Of a stretch of 64,000 bases of DNA, positions 1 to 11,534 are shown in pieces. A model generated the notes under the pieces. That model did no database searches, had not been told where the DNA came from, and saw only the letters and a program-made list of their open reading frames with translations. Positions within the stretch are counted from its first letter, which is position 1; every line of letters starts with the position of its first letter. The DNA lies in contig OX597818.1 in NCBI GenBank assembly GCA_951406725.2, positions 140,926,001 to 140,990,000 of the forward strand. The letters are read 5' to 3'. The translations under genes and the position numbers were made by a program. This stretch comes from Octopus vulgaris (taxonomy: Eukaryota).

Positions 1-31
<31 letters not shown>

Positions 32-40
32 CAGCTAGGA

Positions 41-227
41 AGAGAATTCACAAAAAAAAAAGACGAAGACAGGTGGTATAGACAACAAATAGATATATTA
101 GTATAACGCTCGGGAAGTGAAAAAGGCTTTAACGTTTCGAGCCTAGGCTCTTCCACAGAAAGGAACATAGAAAGAAACGAGCAGAGAAAATAAAGAATGT
201 GTAGTGGCTAGCGATCTATCATGGCGA
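41..227 (-). mobile_element. Penelope-like pseudo-LTR fragment (family E) with minimal hammerhead-like motif
   Basis: Similar to 14095-14285, 14320-14460 and 48513-48627. The minus strand at 127-162 reads CTTT-CTGTGGAA-GAGC-CTAG-GCTC-GAA-ACGT-T-AAAG. Flanked by (GATA)n. Confidence 0.65.
127..162 (-). ncRNA. Minimal type I hammerhead-like motif, A6U core variant
   Basis: Stem I CTTT/AAAG, core CTGTGGA+A, stem II GAGC/GCTC, GAAA, palindromic stem III ACGT, predicted GUU cleavage triplet. Confidence 0.55.
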
Positions 228-998
228 GATAGATAAATATGTTTCGACCCATTAGTTTATATCTCACCAAGTACATCGCTCAAGATATGTCTCACTAAAG
301 ATCTTTAGTGACGACTGGCTTATTGTTTGATACTGAATCCATCACTTGTTACTTAATATTATTACCGTAACTGCCACTGCGGAATTCCTGAAGTTGATCC
401 AACGGAAGAGTAGCACAACTCCGGAAGACAATACGTAGCTTAAACAGTTCCGGTGTTCTACTCAACATTTAAACACACGAATTGACTTTTACGTATTTGT
501 CCAAATTGGTGTTGATCCAAAGAAGGACAGGAGTTTAGATAAACAATAGATAGCAATTACTTTTAATATATCTGAGACCTAATGAGCAACTTAGATAGGT
601 AGCTAAATATAATTTCAGGGACTGTACAGAAGAAATACGTTTGTACGTTCGCTTGTGTACGTGTGTATTTGTGCGTGTGTGTTTGGAAATATGTGTGGGA
701 TAGGTTCGGATTAGTTCCCATGGTCATTTTACAACAATAAAAAAAAAGCGAAAATGAACTGTTATTAACACACACGCAGTCACAAACTTTATTGCCATGT
801 ATCTCTATCTTATCGTTATGACAAAACGAAAGTTCAGCTTACAAGAAATGAATAAATACAATCTATTCTATCTAGAGTGTAAACTTAATTTCACATACTT
901 AGCAACTCCGTCACACACACACACAAATGTACAAACGAACATACACAGGATTTTCAAAAAATACTTAGACATCTAAATGTATGTGTATATGTGTGTAT

Positions 999-1384
999 GT
1001 GGAGGCGCAATGGCCCAGTGGTTAGGGCAGCGGACTCGCGGTCATAGGATCGCGGTTTCGATTCCCAGACCGGGCGTTGTGAGTGTTTATTGAGCGAAAA
1101 CACCTAAAAGCTCCGCGAGGCTCCGGCAGGGGATTGTGGTGATCCCTGCTGTACTCTTTCACCACAACTTTCTCTCACTCTTTCTTCCTGTTTCTGTTGT
1201 ACCTGTATTTCAAGGGGCCGGTCTTGTCACTCTCTGTGTCACGCTGAATATCCCCAAGAACTTCGTTAAGGGTACACGTGTCTGTGGAGTGCTCAGCCAC
1301 TTACACGTTAATTTCACGAGCAGGCTGTTCCGTTGATTCGGATCAACCGGAACCCTCATCGTCGTAACCGACGAAGTGCTTTCA
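999..1384 (+). mobile_element. tRNA-derived SINE family A (Arg-like head, RTE-like tail)
   Basis: Pol III A box TGGCCCAGTGG (1011-1021) and B box GGTTTCGATTCCC. Near-identical copies at 3424, 45284 and 59266. The 3' end has the stem-loop CGTCGTAACCGACG typical of RTE 3' ends. Confidence 0.9.
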
Positions 1385-1400
1385 TATGTGTGTATGTGTG

Positions 1401-1459
<59 letters not shown>

Positions 1460-2199
1460 ATGCAAGCATACATAATACATGCAAAGATAAATATTTTAAC
1501 AGACACTCCACTGTCACAAATACGCATCCACACTTATACAAACATACAAACCCAGTCACACACACGCACGTACATACAACCATACACACATACAAGCAAA
1601 TCGTATCAATCATGTAACCCATATTAGGATACATCAAAGTATTCCTGATTTCAATCACAATGAGCTCTTGCATGAAGCATCTGCACTGCACACAAACATA
1701 ACTACTACACACTCATAAACCAACACAGATACAAATTCACATATACCTATCTGCGCAAACACATCCCATACTTATAATGTTAAGCTGGCATAAATATAAC
1801 TTGCTACAATAAAGTCTTGTCAAAATTATTTACCGCTATAGATGCCTCGAAGCTTTATTTATATTCTTGCTTCTTTGGTTCCGTTATTCTATTTCGAAAT
1901 TCCTACAGAATAAGATATTATGATATATGAAAAATAATTCCCAGACGTAACGAAAATATGAGGGAAGTCTTTTGAAGATTTCCTAATCAGGAAATGGTTC
2001 GTTTCGTCTGGTTATATCGATACGGCCATTATAAATGAAGAGATCATGAGCGGGACGGGGGGAGTGTGAGATTGGGTTGTGGAGGGTTTGTTAGAAAGGA
2101 AAACGGAGGGAAAGGAAGAGCATGTGTGTGCTTGTGTGTATGTGTATATTGTGTGAGTGCCTGTGTGTGCGTGTGTATACAAGGGCACGTTTGTGCGTA

Positions 2200-2222
2200 T
2201 GTGCGCGTGTACACACACACAT

Positions 2223-2272
<50 letters not shown>

Positions 2273-2321
2273 ACATATACACACATATACACATGTACGT
2301 AAAAGCGCACACAAACGCCCT

Positions 2322-2406
<85 letters not shown>

Positions 2407-2613
2407 GTTTGGCTAGTTATGCAGTGAGGAATAAACATCAAGCATGTGCAGTTGAAAAACAAATTCAACGTATCATTTGAATTAGCGCTTATTACATTCC
2501 ACAATGATACACATGTGCGCGTACAAACATATGCATACATATATATGTATGCACGTATGTATATAGATCACTATACATACATTATGGATATGTATATATA
2601 TATATACATATAC

Positions 2614-2674
<61 letters not shown>

Positions 2675-2691
2675 CACACACACATATATAT

Positions 2692-2741
<50 letters not shown>

Positions 2742-2825
2742 TTATACATATCCCTTTCTCTACACACACGTGCGTGTGTGTGAGTATGCATAAATATCTA
2801 TGGAAATATATTTATATATTCATGC

Positions 2826-2890
<65 letters not shown>

Positions 2891-2910
2891 AACATGCACA
2901 CACACATATA
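2200..2910. repeat. Compound microsatellite (CA)n/(TA)n/(GA)n
   Basis: Directly visible dinucleotide runs. Confidence 0.95.
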
Positions 2911-3423
2911 TGTGCACTTGTGGAGTATTCATAAAAAATATCTTTGAATGTCCGATGTGAAGCAGACGACACACTCATACTCAATGTTTGGTTCTATAAA
3001 TGTTACCAAGTTTTCTTTCCTCTTGTCCTTTGATCTCCATTGCCTCTACCAAATTTAGAGTACTTACGTATGAATAGACAGCATATGACTTGGCTGTTTC
3101 CATTGATGTTATTGTTACTTATGTCTAAAGCAAGCGAGTGCAGTATTATATTTAAACATGCCAGACTGATTTATACAGTTTTACTTCTGTGTTTATTGAA
3201 CCCGCCATTTATGACATTATTTGGTATGTTTTTAGTCTGCGCATGACCTTAGGGAAGGCAGAGGACTCACACATTTGTGATATTGTGAAATATGGTTGCT
3301 ATCACATTAGTTAGCACTTTGTAGTTGTTTCCATTATCAAGCTCTCGTATGATTAACACAAAATGATTTTACTATATACAAGGGTTTAATTCAAAGACTT
3401 AAATTTGAAGACTGGGCCATTGC

Positions 3424-3804
3424 GTGGAGGCGCAATGGCCCAGTGGTTAGGGCAGCGGACTCGCGGTCATATGATCGCGGTTTCGATTCCCAGACCGGGC
3501 GTTGTAAGTGTTTATTGAGCGAAAACACCTAAAGCTCCACGAGGCTCCGGCAGGGGATGGTGGCGAACCCTGCTGTACACTTTCGCCACAACTTTCTTTC
3601 ACTCTTCGTGTTTCTGTTGTACCTGTATTTCAAAGGGCCAGCCTTGTCACACTCTGTGTCACGCTGAATATCCCCCGAGAACTACGTTAAAGGTAGACGT
3701 GTGTGTGAAAGTGCTCAGCCACTTGCACGTTAAATTCACGTGCAGGCTGTTCCGTTGATCGGATCAGTTGGAACCCTCGTCGTCGTAACAGACGGAGTGC
3801 CAAC
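3424..3804 (+). mobile_element. SINE family A, full length
   Basis: High similarity to 999-1384. Probable 12-bp TSD AATT(T/C)GAAGACT at 3402-3413 and 3805-3816. Confidence 0.9.
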
Positions 3805-4194
3805 AATTCGAAGACTTATTTAAGCTCTGGTAAGTATCAACAACCGTCAGTAGATTTTCAGTGTTTATATATATCTGTGCAAGCATGGCTGTACATATGT
3901 GTGTGTATGTTTGGTGTGTGCGTGTGTGGATGTGGATTTGTGCGCGTGCATTTCGTGCGCGCATGCGTGTGCTTTTGTGCATGTGAGTGCATAAGGCTGT
4001 ATTTATGCAATTATTTAAAAAGAAACAGCTATTAACCAAAATTTTATGAATGTTTGTATATACACTTTTAATATTTTTAATACATTTTAGCCCAATGTAT
4101 GTGGCCACGCTGGGGCACAGCCAGTGTGTGTGTGTGTATATGTACGTATCAATATCTATAGGTGCATGGTAAGAAGTTTGCTTCTGCGCATGAG

Positions 4195-5604
4195 CGACTC
4201 AGTGTTTGGCACTGAAGTGGTGAGACGTGCTTTTGAAGCCGTCTCGAATGGACAAAATTTGAAGTTCCACTGTAAGGTAAGATTCTAGTGTGAGTTTTTA
4301 TTTGCGGCAATAATTTTTTTTTTTTTTTTTTGTACGGGCAAGAAGTCATTACTGGATTCTAAATTCTGGTCTACCTGCAATGGAGCGAATATTTTTTTCT
4401 CACTTAATTGTGAGAATTTTTGTTTGGCTGCGTATCCGTCTTCCAAGTTAGTGGTTCACGTTAAGTGTATATTTTTCCTCACTTAAATGTGAGAATTTTT
4501 GCTTGGAGGAATATCGTGCCTAGTAAAAATTTGTTCACTTTTGGCGAATTTTTAAAATAATTGTAAGAATTGCATTTTTGGGGTAATGTCTTTGCCTCCG
4601 AAGATTGAACAACTTTTATACCAGTTTTTGTGGAAGTTGCGTTCAACCCTGGCTGGGAGTACCTAGTGGCCGGAAGACTTCTTTTTTGCTGTGTTTATGA
4701 ACTATTGGCTTTATTTTTTCTAAACTTTATTTGACTTTCTTTTTTCGTGAAATGTTTTCCTTTTCCTCTTTCCCTTTTATTGTGACTTTCTTTTGGTTTC
4801 TTTTTTTCTACTCTCTTTTTAAGTTTTACTGTGAACTATTTTCGAACAATGAAAAATGAAAAAAATATGACAATGTTTTTGGAGTTGGAAATTATACCAC
4901 CCAAATAATGGTTGAAAGCCCGTGAAGATAGGACGGTGGTTTTGAGGACCTACTCCAAGTCATTCGACACCATCGCCCTATTTTAAAAGACTATATTTGA
5001 AAAGAAGTTGGCAGAGTATTTTCCAACAATTAAATTCATTTCCAGGGGTGTCAAATACGCAATTGTGTGGTTGCTATTTGACACACCTGAAGAGGTTCGC
5101 AAATTTGCAAGCCAGCCCTTGGTGGGCAAGGAGATTTTGTTTCTTCCCACGTATTATGGAAGGAGGTTGACAAGAGCTTGGGCCTGCGGTTTGCTACCCG
5201 GAAGGATACCCGAGTAGATAGAGGAGACTATCTGCAGGGGTCTGGGTGGCAGCGGAGCCAAGCTCCTTAATGTGAGTTTTTCCTGCGGTTGACTGAGTTG
5301 GGTCAAAAGTTGTTTTGACCCTCTGGACCCAATCAGCCAATCCGGTTTTTCCAGATTTTTTGAAAATGGCCGGGTGCAGGTACTCGGTGATTCTTGAGGA
5401 TTGCCCCCCCCCTGGTGTCATCGGTGCATGGAGCTTGGCCATATAAAGAAAAATGGTCCCCAGGAACAAAGTAATGTCCTGGAACAGTTGAGTGAGACCT
5501 CTGTAGAAGAGATAATGAAGGCGGCCGATGAGACGGAGGACTCCTCAATGAGAGGTCGCAAGAGGAAAAAGGTGAGCAACAATGGGTGCTCACCGAAGGA
5601 GCCC
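4195..5604 (+). mobile_element. Non-LTR retrotransposon 5' part (L1/Tx1-like): 5'UTR and decayed gag-like ORF1
   Basis: Broken ORF from ~4908 (LKAREDRTVVLRTYSK...AEYFPTIKFISRG...LPTYYGRR) ending in a CCHC-knuckle remnant CHRCMELGHIKKNG and a basic RGRKRKK stretch. T-rich 5'UTR with AGACGTG. The right end abuts (GATA)n. Confidence 0.65.
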
Positions 5605-5626
5605 ATCTATCTATCCTAGATAGATG

Positions 5627-5664
<38 letters not shown>

Positions 5665-7966
5665 TAGACAGACAGATAGATAGACAGATAGATAGATAGA
5701 TGCTTCACACTAGCTCTGTAAAACAAAGGGTTTTTATGCATACCTTGTCTTTCTCCAAACTATGACTTGCATATTCTACCAAACTTACTTTGTATGTCAA
5801 TAATATCGACAATTATAGTATTCGCTCTAAATTAAAAGATTGGTGTTGGCACTCGCAATAGTATACTGGAGGAGTAGGTGTCCTTGCAACTCATGTATGA
5901 AGGAGGGGCTGGAGATTGTATTAATGAATATCAGGCACCTTCTTTATAGAGTTTGTTGTGAAATTGACCTTAATTCATGCTTCGAAAGAGCAGAACGTTC
6001 TGAAATAATCGGAATGGAAACTGACATGAACTCCGATGAAGTACGCTAGTATACGCGTAGTAATGGTCATAAGATGAGCACAGAAATAATAGTCGCAAAA
6101 TTGCCATGGTTTTCGTACTGCGTTTTGTAAAAACCCAGTCTGAACATCCCAGGCACGAACTTCACGTTTATACTAACAAAATATAATAAAAGAATACTTT
6201 GCTTATGTGCGGTCAAGTATGCACAATACAGGGGAAAATCACATGCATTACCTATAATACATGCCTCGGCGGAATACTCTATGCATCACTTAAGACCGAG
6301 GTCTAAGCTTTAAGGACCGCATGGCCTTGGATAATGTAACATTATTTTCTGAATACTAACGTTAGTGTGCGTTAAAGGGTGCGCGATTGCCTCAAGAGTT
6401 TTGATTGCTGCATTGTGGTATCTGACACAGATACCCACGTCTAGATGCTTCAGTGATGTTTGAATGCATCACACTGTGTTGTGCATGTCTGTGTATGGGA
6501 TACATGATTCGAGATGCTATGGCATGAAAGTGATACACTGAGTGGTCACCACAGATTATGGAAATTGCTGTGCACATAACGTAAAAGAACAAACTACCGA
6601 TTTGCATTATTTTTTATAACCTGCATTATTTCGATTTTATATAATCTTTAAAAGTCATATATATATATATCTCACATATATAGCTAAAAGGAATGTGTGC
6701 GGCATTATTCTATCCTTTTTTTTTTATAAATTGGCCCTTAAAGATAGCTGTAGTGTTGGGTAGCAATCAATTTATCAATTTTCAATCCGCATCTGTACAA
6801 ACACGAAATACGACTGTGTGTATATGGGTCCATATTCAAATACATGCACACAAGCACCCACATACACACACGTACACATTCACACAAATACACACACACA
6901 CACACACACAAAATGCATACACACATACCACGCACACACAAACATCACATTCTATTTGTGATTTTCATTTATAATTTTTGCCGACTTCACTTACTTTCTA
7001 TCTTGATAATGTAATTTTTGAAGTTTTTTATGAGTCGATACAGCTCTTAGCACTTTACCAGAAATTTATGTTTTTGAGAAGACAAAACCAACAAAAACAA
7101 ACAAAAAACAAACAAACCTACATTAGTGCTACAATATTGAAAAATTCAATTATATTTGTGACAACCATCTAATATTGTATCTTCTATTACTGAGAGGTGA
7201 AATCTGTTTATGTCTCTCACTGTTTCGTTGTTGTAGCTTTGTTATATTCCTTAAGATGGCAAGTATTTGCAAGTTAAACGTTGTCTATTTCTTTCTCAAT
7301 GAAGTAATATTTTTTCTACACTTCTTATACGTTATATAAGACTTTAAATGGAAGTTGTCCTAGGACGAACTACGTAACATTTTTTATCGTTTAGTGAGTT
7401 TCCCTTTTATTTTACTGCTTTAATCACTGAAGTTTGGCTGTGAGAGTGCAGAGAGAACTGCATGGTCTTATTCAGTCAAATTGGCCCAAGTACTTATTTT
7501 AAACCTCGTGGTTAATCTAGCGTTCTTTAATTTTTTACCGTTAGTTATGCTACCTGAGCATTGAGACTAAACAAGTCTACTGCCAAAGAAAAATAATGGA
7601 AAGGAATATGATAGCTATTTAAATAGAATAAGAACAATTTAGCATGAAACAGAAGTATCGTTCAATACTTTTTCTTTAGACCATGCTACATGTTTATTAA
7701 ATATTTACAAGGAAAGGAGCGACAGTGCCTTCGAAGTATCGGCCTGCTGGCGTCGTCAATACTGTCTGTCACAGCTAAACTTCGAATTCACTTTCACCCC
7801 ACTACTTGTAAAAGAATGTATGTATGTCATTATTCTGTTTTATTTCAAGATTTCTTCCCAATAGAGGAAGAGCCGGTTTCTAACCTAGATCCAAGGTGTC
7901 CTTGATTCGAATTTCAACATCAACAACATGGTATGTACGTATGTATGTATGTATGTACGTATGTAT

Positions 7967-8360
7967 ACTCTTTTTACTTGTTTCAGTCATTTGACTGCGG
8001 CCATGCTGGAGCACCGCCTTTAGTCGAGCAAATCGACCCCGGGACTTATTCTTTGTAAGCCCAGTACTTATTCTATCGGTCTCTTTTGCCGAACCGCTAG
8101 GTGACGGGGACGCAAACACACCAGCATCGGTTGTCAAGCTATGCTAGGGGGACAAACACACACACACACACACACACACATACATATATACATATATACG
8201 ACGGTCTTCTTTCAGTTTCCGTCTACCAAATCCAGTCACAAGGCATTGGTCGGCCCGGGGCTATAGCAGAAGACACTTGCCCAAGATGCCACGCAGTGGG
8301 ACTGAACTCGGAGCCATGTGGTTGTTTAGTAAGCTACTTACCACACAGCCACTCTTGCGC
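7967..8360 (-). mobile_element. tRNA-derived SINE family B with internal microsatellite
   Basis: The minus strand begins GCGCAAGAGTGGCTGTGTGGTAAG...GAGTTCAGTCCC (A/B-box-like). Matches 20212, 46822, 47975, 53857 and 57004. Confidence 0.9.
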
Positions 8361-8361
8361 A

Positions 8362-8600
8362 TATGTGTTTATGTATGTATGTATGTATGTATGAATGTAT
8401 GTATGTATGCATGTATGTATGTATGTATGTATGCATGTATGTATGTATGCATGTATGTATGCATGCATGTATGTATGTATGTATGTATGTATGTGTGTAT
8501 GTATGTATGTATGCATGCATGTATGTATGCATGTATGTATGTATGTATGTATGTATGTATGTATGAATGTATGTATGTACGAATGTATGTATGTATGTAT
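8362..8600. repeat. (ATGT)n tetranucleotide microsatellite
   Basis: Directly visible. Confidence 0.95.
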
Positions 8601-9075
8601 GAATACGAACCAGGGATTATAGTGAAATGCAATTAACCAATATATGGTGCAGTAAGATTAAATCCGAATCTATGCGCTGTGATACAAACGTGGTAAACAC
8701 ACTGACATTACTTTTTTTTAATTTTCTCTTTATTTCTAAAATTTACATAGCAGCTGATGAATACAGCAACGTAGTATTCAGCAGGAAAACACGGTCTACT
8801 TCATTCTTGATGGCGACTAAAACTCTAGACAGACTGAATATTATTGCAAGGGAATTTCTTTTTGCGAATCATCCATTTTTGTGGTAGAGGAAGCTCTCAC
8901 TCTGAAGCTTACTCCATGCTTCGCTGATTTATATTGTGAATTCCTTGCGGTAATGGAATCGAAATCGGAAAGAAATGTTTCTGAAGCGAAGTTTTTTTTT
9001 TTTTTTAAACCCCAGTCCTATGTTAATATATTTAGGCAAAGATGATTTCATCTCTAATAATATATCATTCTGATG

Positions 9076-9642
9076 ACAAAACGTTAGCACGACGGGTGAA
9101 ATGCTTAGCAGTATTTCGTCTGCTGCTGTATTCTGAGTTCAAATTCGGCCGAGATCGACTTTAACTTTCATCCTTTCGTGGTCGATTAAATAACTACCAG
9201 TGATGCACTGGGATCGATATAATCGACTTAATCCGTTTGTCTGTCCTTGTTCGTCCCCTCTGTGTTTAGCCCCTTGTGGATAGTAAAGAAATAGGTATTT
9301 CGTCTGCCGCTACGTTATGAGTTCAAATTCCGCCGAGGTCGACTTTGCCTTTCATCCTTTCGGGGTCGATTAAATAAGTACCAGTTACATACTGGGGTCG
9401 ATATAAGAGACTTAATCCGTTTGTCTGTCCTTGTTTGTCCTCCCTGTGTTTAGCCCCTTGTGGGTAGTAAAGAAATAGGTATTTCGTCTGCTGCAATATT
9501 CTGAGTTCAAATTCCACCGAGGTCAACCTTGGTTTTCATCCATTCGGGGTCGATAAATTAAGTACCAGTTGAGTACTGGGATCGATGTCATCGACTGTCC
9601 CCCTTCCCATAGTATCCAGGCCTCGTGCCTATAATGAAAAGG
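9076..9642 (+). mobile_element. SINE family C, head-to-tail trimer with 19-bp TSD
   Basis: Three ~184-bp units starting TATTTCGTCTGC (~9113, ~9297, ~9480), each with a B-box-like GAGTTCAAATTC. ATAATATATCATTCTGATG is duplicated at 9057-9075 and 9643-9661. Confidence 0.85.
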
Positions 9643-10366
9643 ATAATATATCATTCTGATGGCATAACTTCAATATCAAGCAATTTTATATTTCTTTGAG
9701 AACTATACTTTTGATAGTTCTATATTTCATTCAAAAGCAACCCGTCGATATATCCAATTGCCTTGATCACAATCATCATTTTAGATTCTTTGTTTACGAT
9801 TGACTGTAAGAGGAGAAACAAGAGGGGACCAGGAACAGTTGTTTGTACTATTTCGATTATGACAACCGACTTTGCGGATAGATTTTCTGGAACATCACTT
9901 TTACTTTATATTTTCGGGAAATCAGACAAACCTTATTACCCATTTATGTTAGTACTATTAAGGTTTCACATAACGTTCGTTACTCAAATTTATTTAAGTC
10001 TTAGTGAAATCCAAATTGTTGAATGAAAGCATGAGTTTGATAGGCGATTCCTCATTCTGGGCATGTGTTGCAGAATACATATTGAGTGTTTTCTGAAAAT
10101 GTCTAAATAATCGCATTTTGTTGTGTGACTGATGTAGTAAATAGTTATGGGTTTGTTGTACGACACAACTGCAGATCACTTGGAGCATAATTATATACAT
10201 ACATTTATACATGCATATATACATGCATCTACATGGATGTGTGCATATATACACACATACATACATACATACATACATACATACACACATACATACATGC
10301 ATGCATACATACATACATACATACATACATACATACATACATACATACATACATACATACATACAT

Positions 10367-10929
10367 GGTGGCTCCCCCTCGTTATCGAGTATGGCCATTG
10401 CACGAAGCTTGAGCCGCCTTAATCAATGTTGTTATCGTGCAATGCCTGTGCAAGAAGATTTTTTTTTAAGTGTGGAAAGGCTGTGCACTGAGTCAATCCC
10501 ACTGACTAAGCAACAGCAGCCATAATCCGAAAAGAAGAACAAGTCAACATTATCGGTAACTACTGAGCCGCCGGTTTTATGTCGGAGTTATCCCAGTTAC
10601 CTGAGTTACCTTCTCCTAGAAGGATGCCCTAACAAAGGCTAGGAGTCCTTCACTCCCAATGGTTTAACCGCGCGATCGGGTATTCAGTCCGATTATTTCT
10701 ATGACCCCCGCGCATGTTACAGCCTTAAGGCATTTATTGGATGGCCGTTGACTCTCAAGAGTTCCTCCGCCCTTTGACGAGTTTTGTTTTTCATCCTGCA
10801 GGGTGTCCAATAAACACCCTCCTCACCAAGCAAGCTTGGTGAGGTTGCCGGTTTAGTCGCCGACGACCCGACCATGCAACAGGTTGTACTGGGTTACATG
10901 TTACCAGTTGCACTCGAAAGTAACCTGAC
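10367..10929 (-). mobile_element. Non-autonomous bipartite RTE-like element (family D), copy 1
   Basis: Near-identical to 18548-19093 (opposite strand) and 61168-61723. Has RTE 5'UTR-like motifs (TCTAGGAGAAGGTAACTC; CAGTGCACAGCCTTTCC) and a 3' stem-loop CATACTCGATAACGAGGG. Flanked by (TACA)n. Confidence 0.75.
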
Positions 10930-10958
10930 GTACATACATACATGCATACATACATACA

Positions 10959-10990
<32 letters not shown>

Positions 10991-10994
10991 AGCG

Positions 10995-11277
10995 TAACAA
11001 CTCCTTCGGTCATAAATGACCATTGGATTGCATCCGTGGCACAAGTCCAAGCAAGGTTGTTTATGGAAGACCAGGAATCTTCCATGCATACTAGCCTCCC
11101 CTTTCCACGTCTCCGATATTATCCAAGGGAAAAAGGAAAGCCGATACAGCTTGGCACCAGTGACGTTTCCACAGCTGAGTGAACAGGGGCAATGTGAAAT
11201 AGAGTGTCTTGCTCAAGAACTCAACACACAGCCCGGTCCGGGAATCAAGTGCTTTAACAACTGAGCCATGCACCTTT
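10995..11277 (-). mobile_element. tRNA-derived SINE family G
   Basis: Minus-strand head GGTGCATGGCTCAGTTGTT...GATTCCCGGACCGGG followed by CTTGAGCAAGACACT. Homologous to 41072-41418. Confidence 0.75.
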
Positions 11278-11382
11278 ATCTATACACACACCCATACACA
11301 CGCACACACATACATACATTCATACTTACATACATACATACATACACACATACATACATACATACAAACATACATACAAACA

Positions 11383-11534
<152 letters not shown>

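Noticed and set aside
999-1075. tRNA-like sequence with A/B boxes and a TCG anticodon-like loop
   Set aside because: No proper acceptor stem, and it always continues into a SINE body. It is a SINE head, not a tRNA gene.
7860-7915. Minus-strand ACCT-loop-AGGT-TA-GAAACCGG resembling a hammerhead 3' half
   Set aside because: No recognisable CUGANGA-like core or stem I in this copy.
8750-8797. CTGATGA...GAAAAC...GTC hammerhead candidate
   Set aside because: Stem II does not abut GAAA, and the core is sequestered in an alternative hairpin.
9076-9642. Regularly spaced repeats resembling a CRISPR array
   Set aside because: The whole 184-bp units are homologous, with no unique spacers and no cas genes, in a eukaryotic context.
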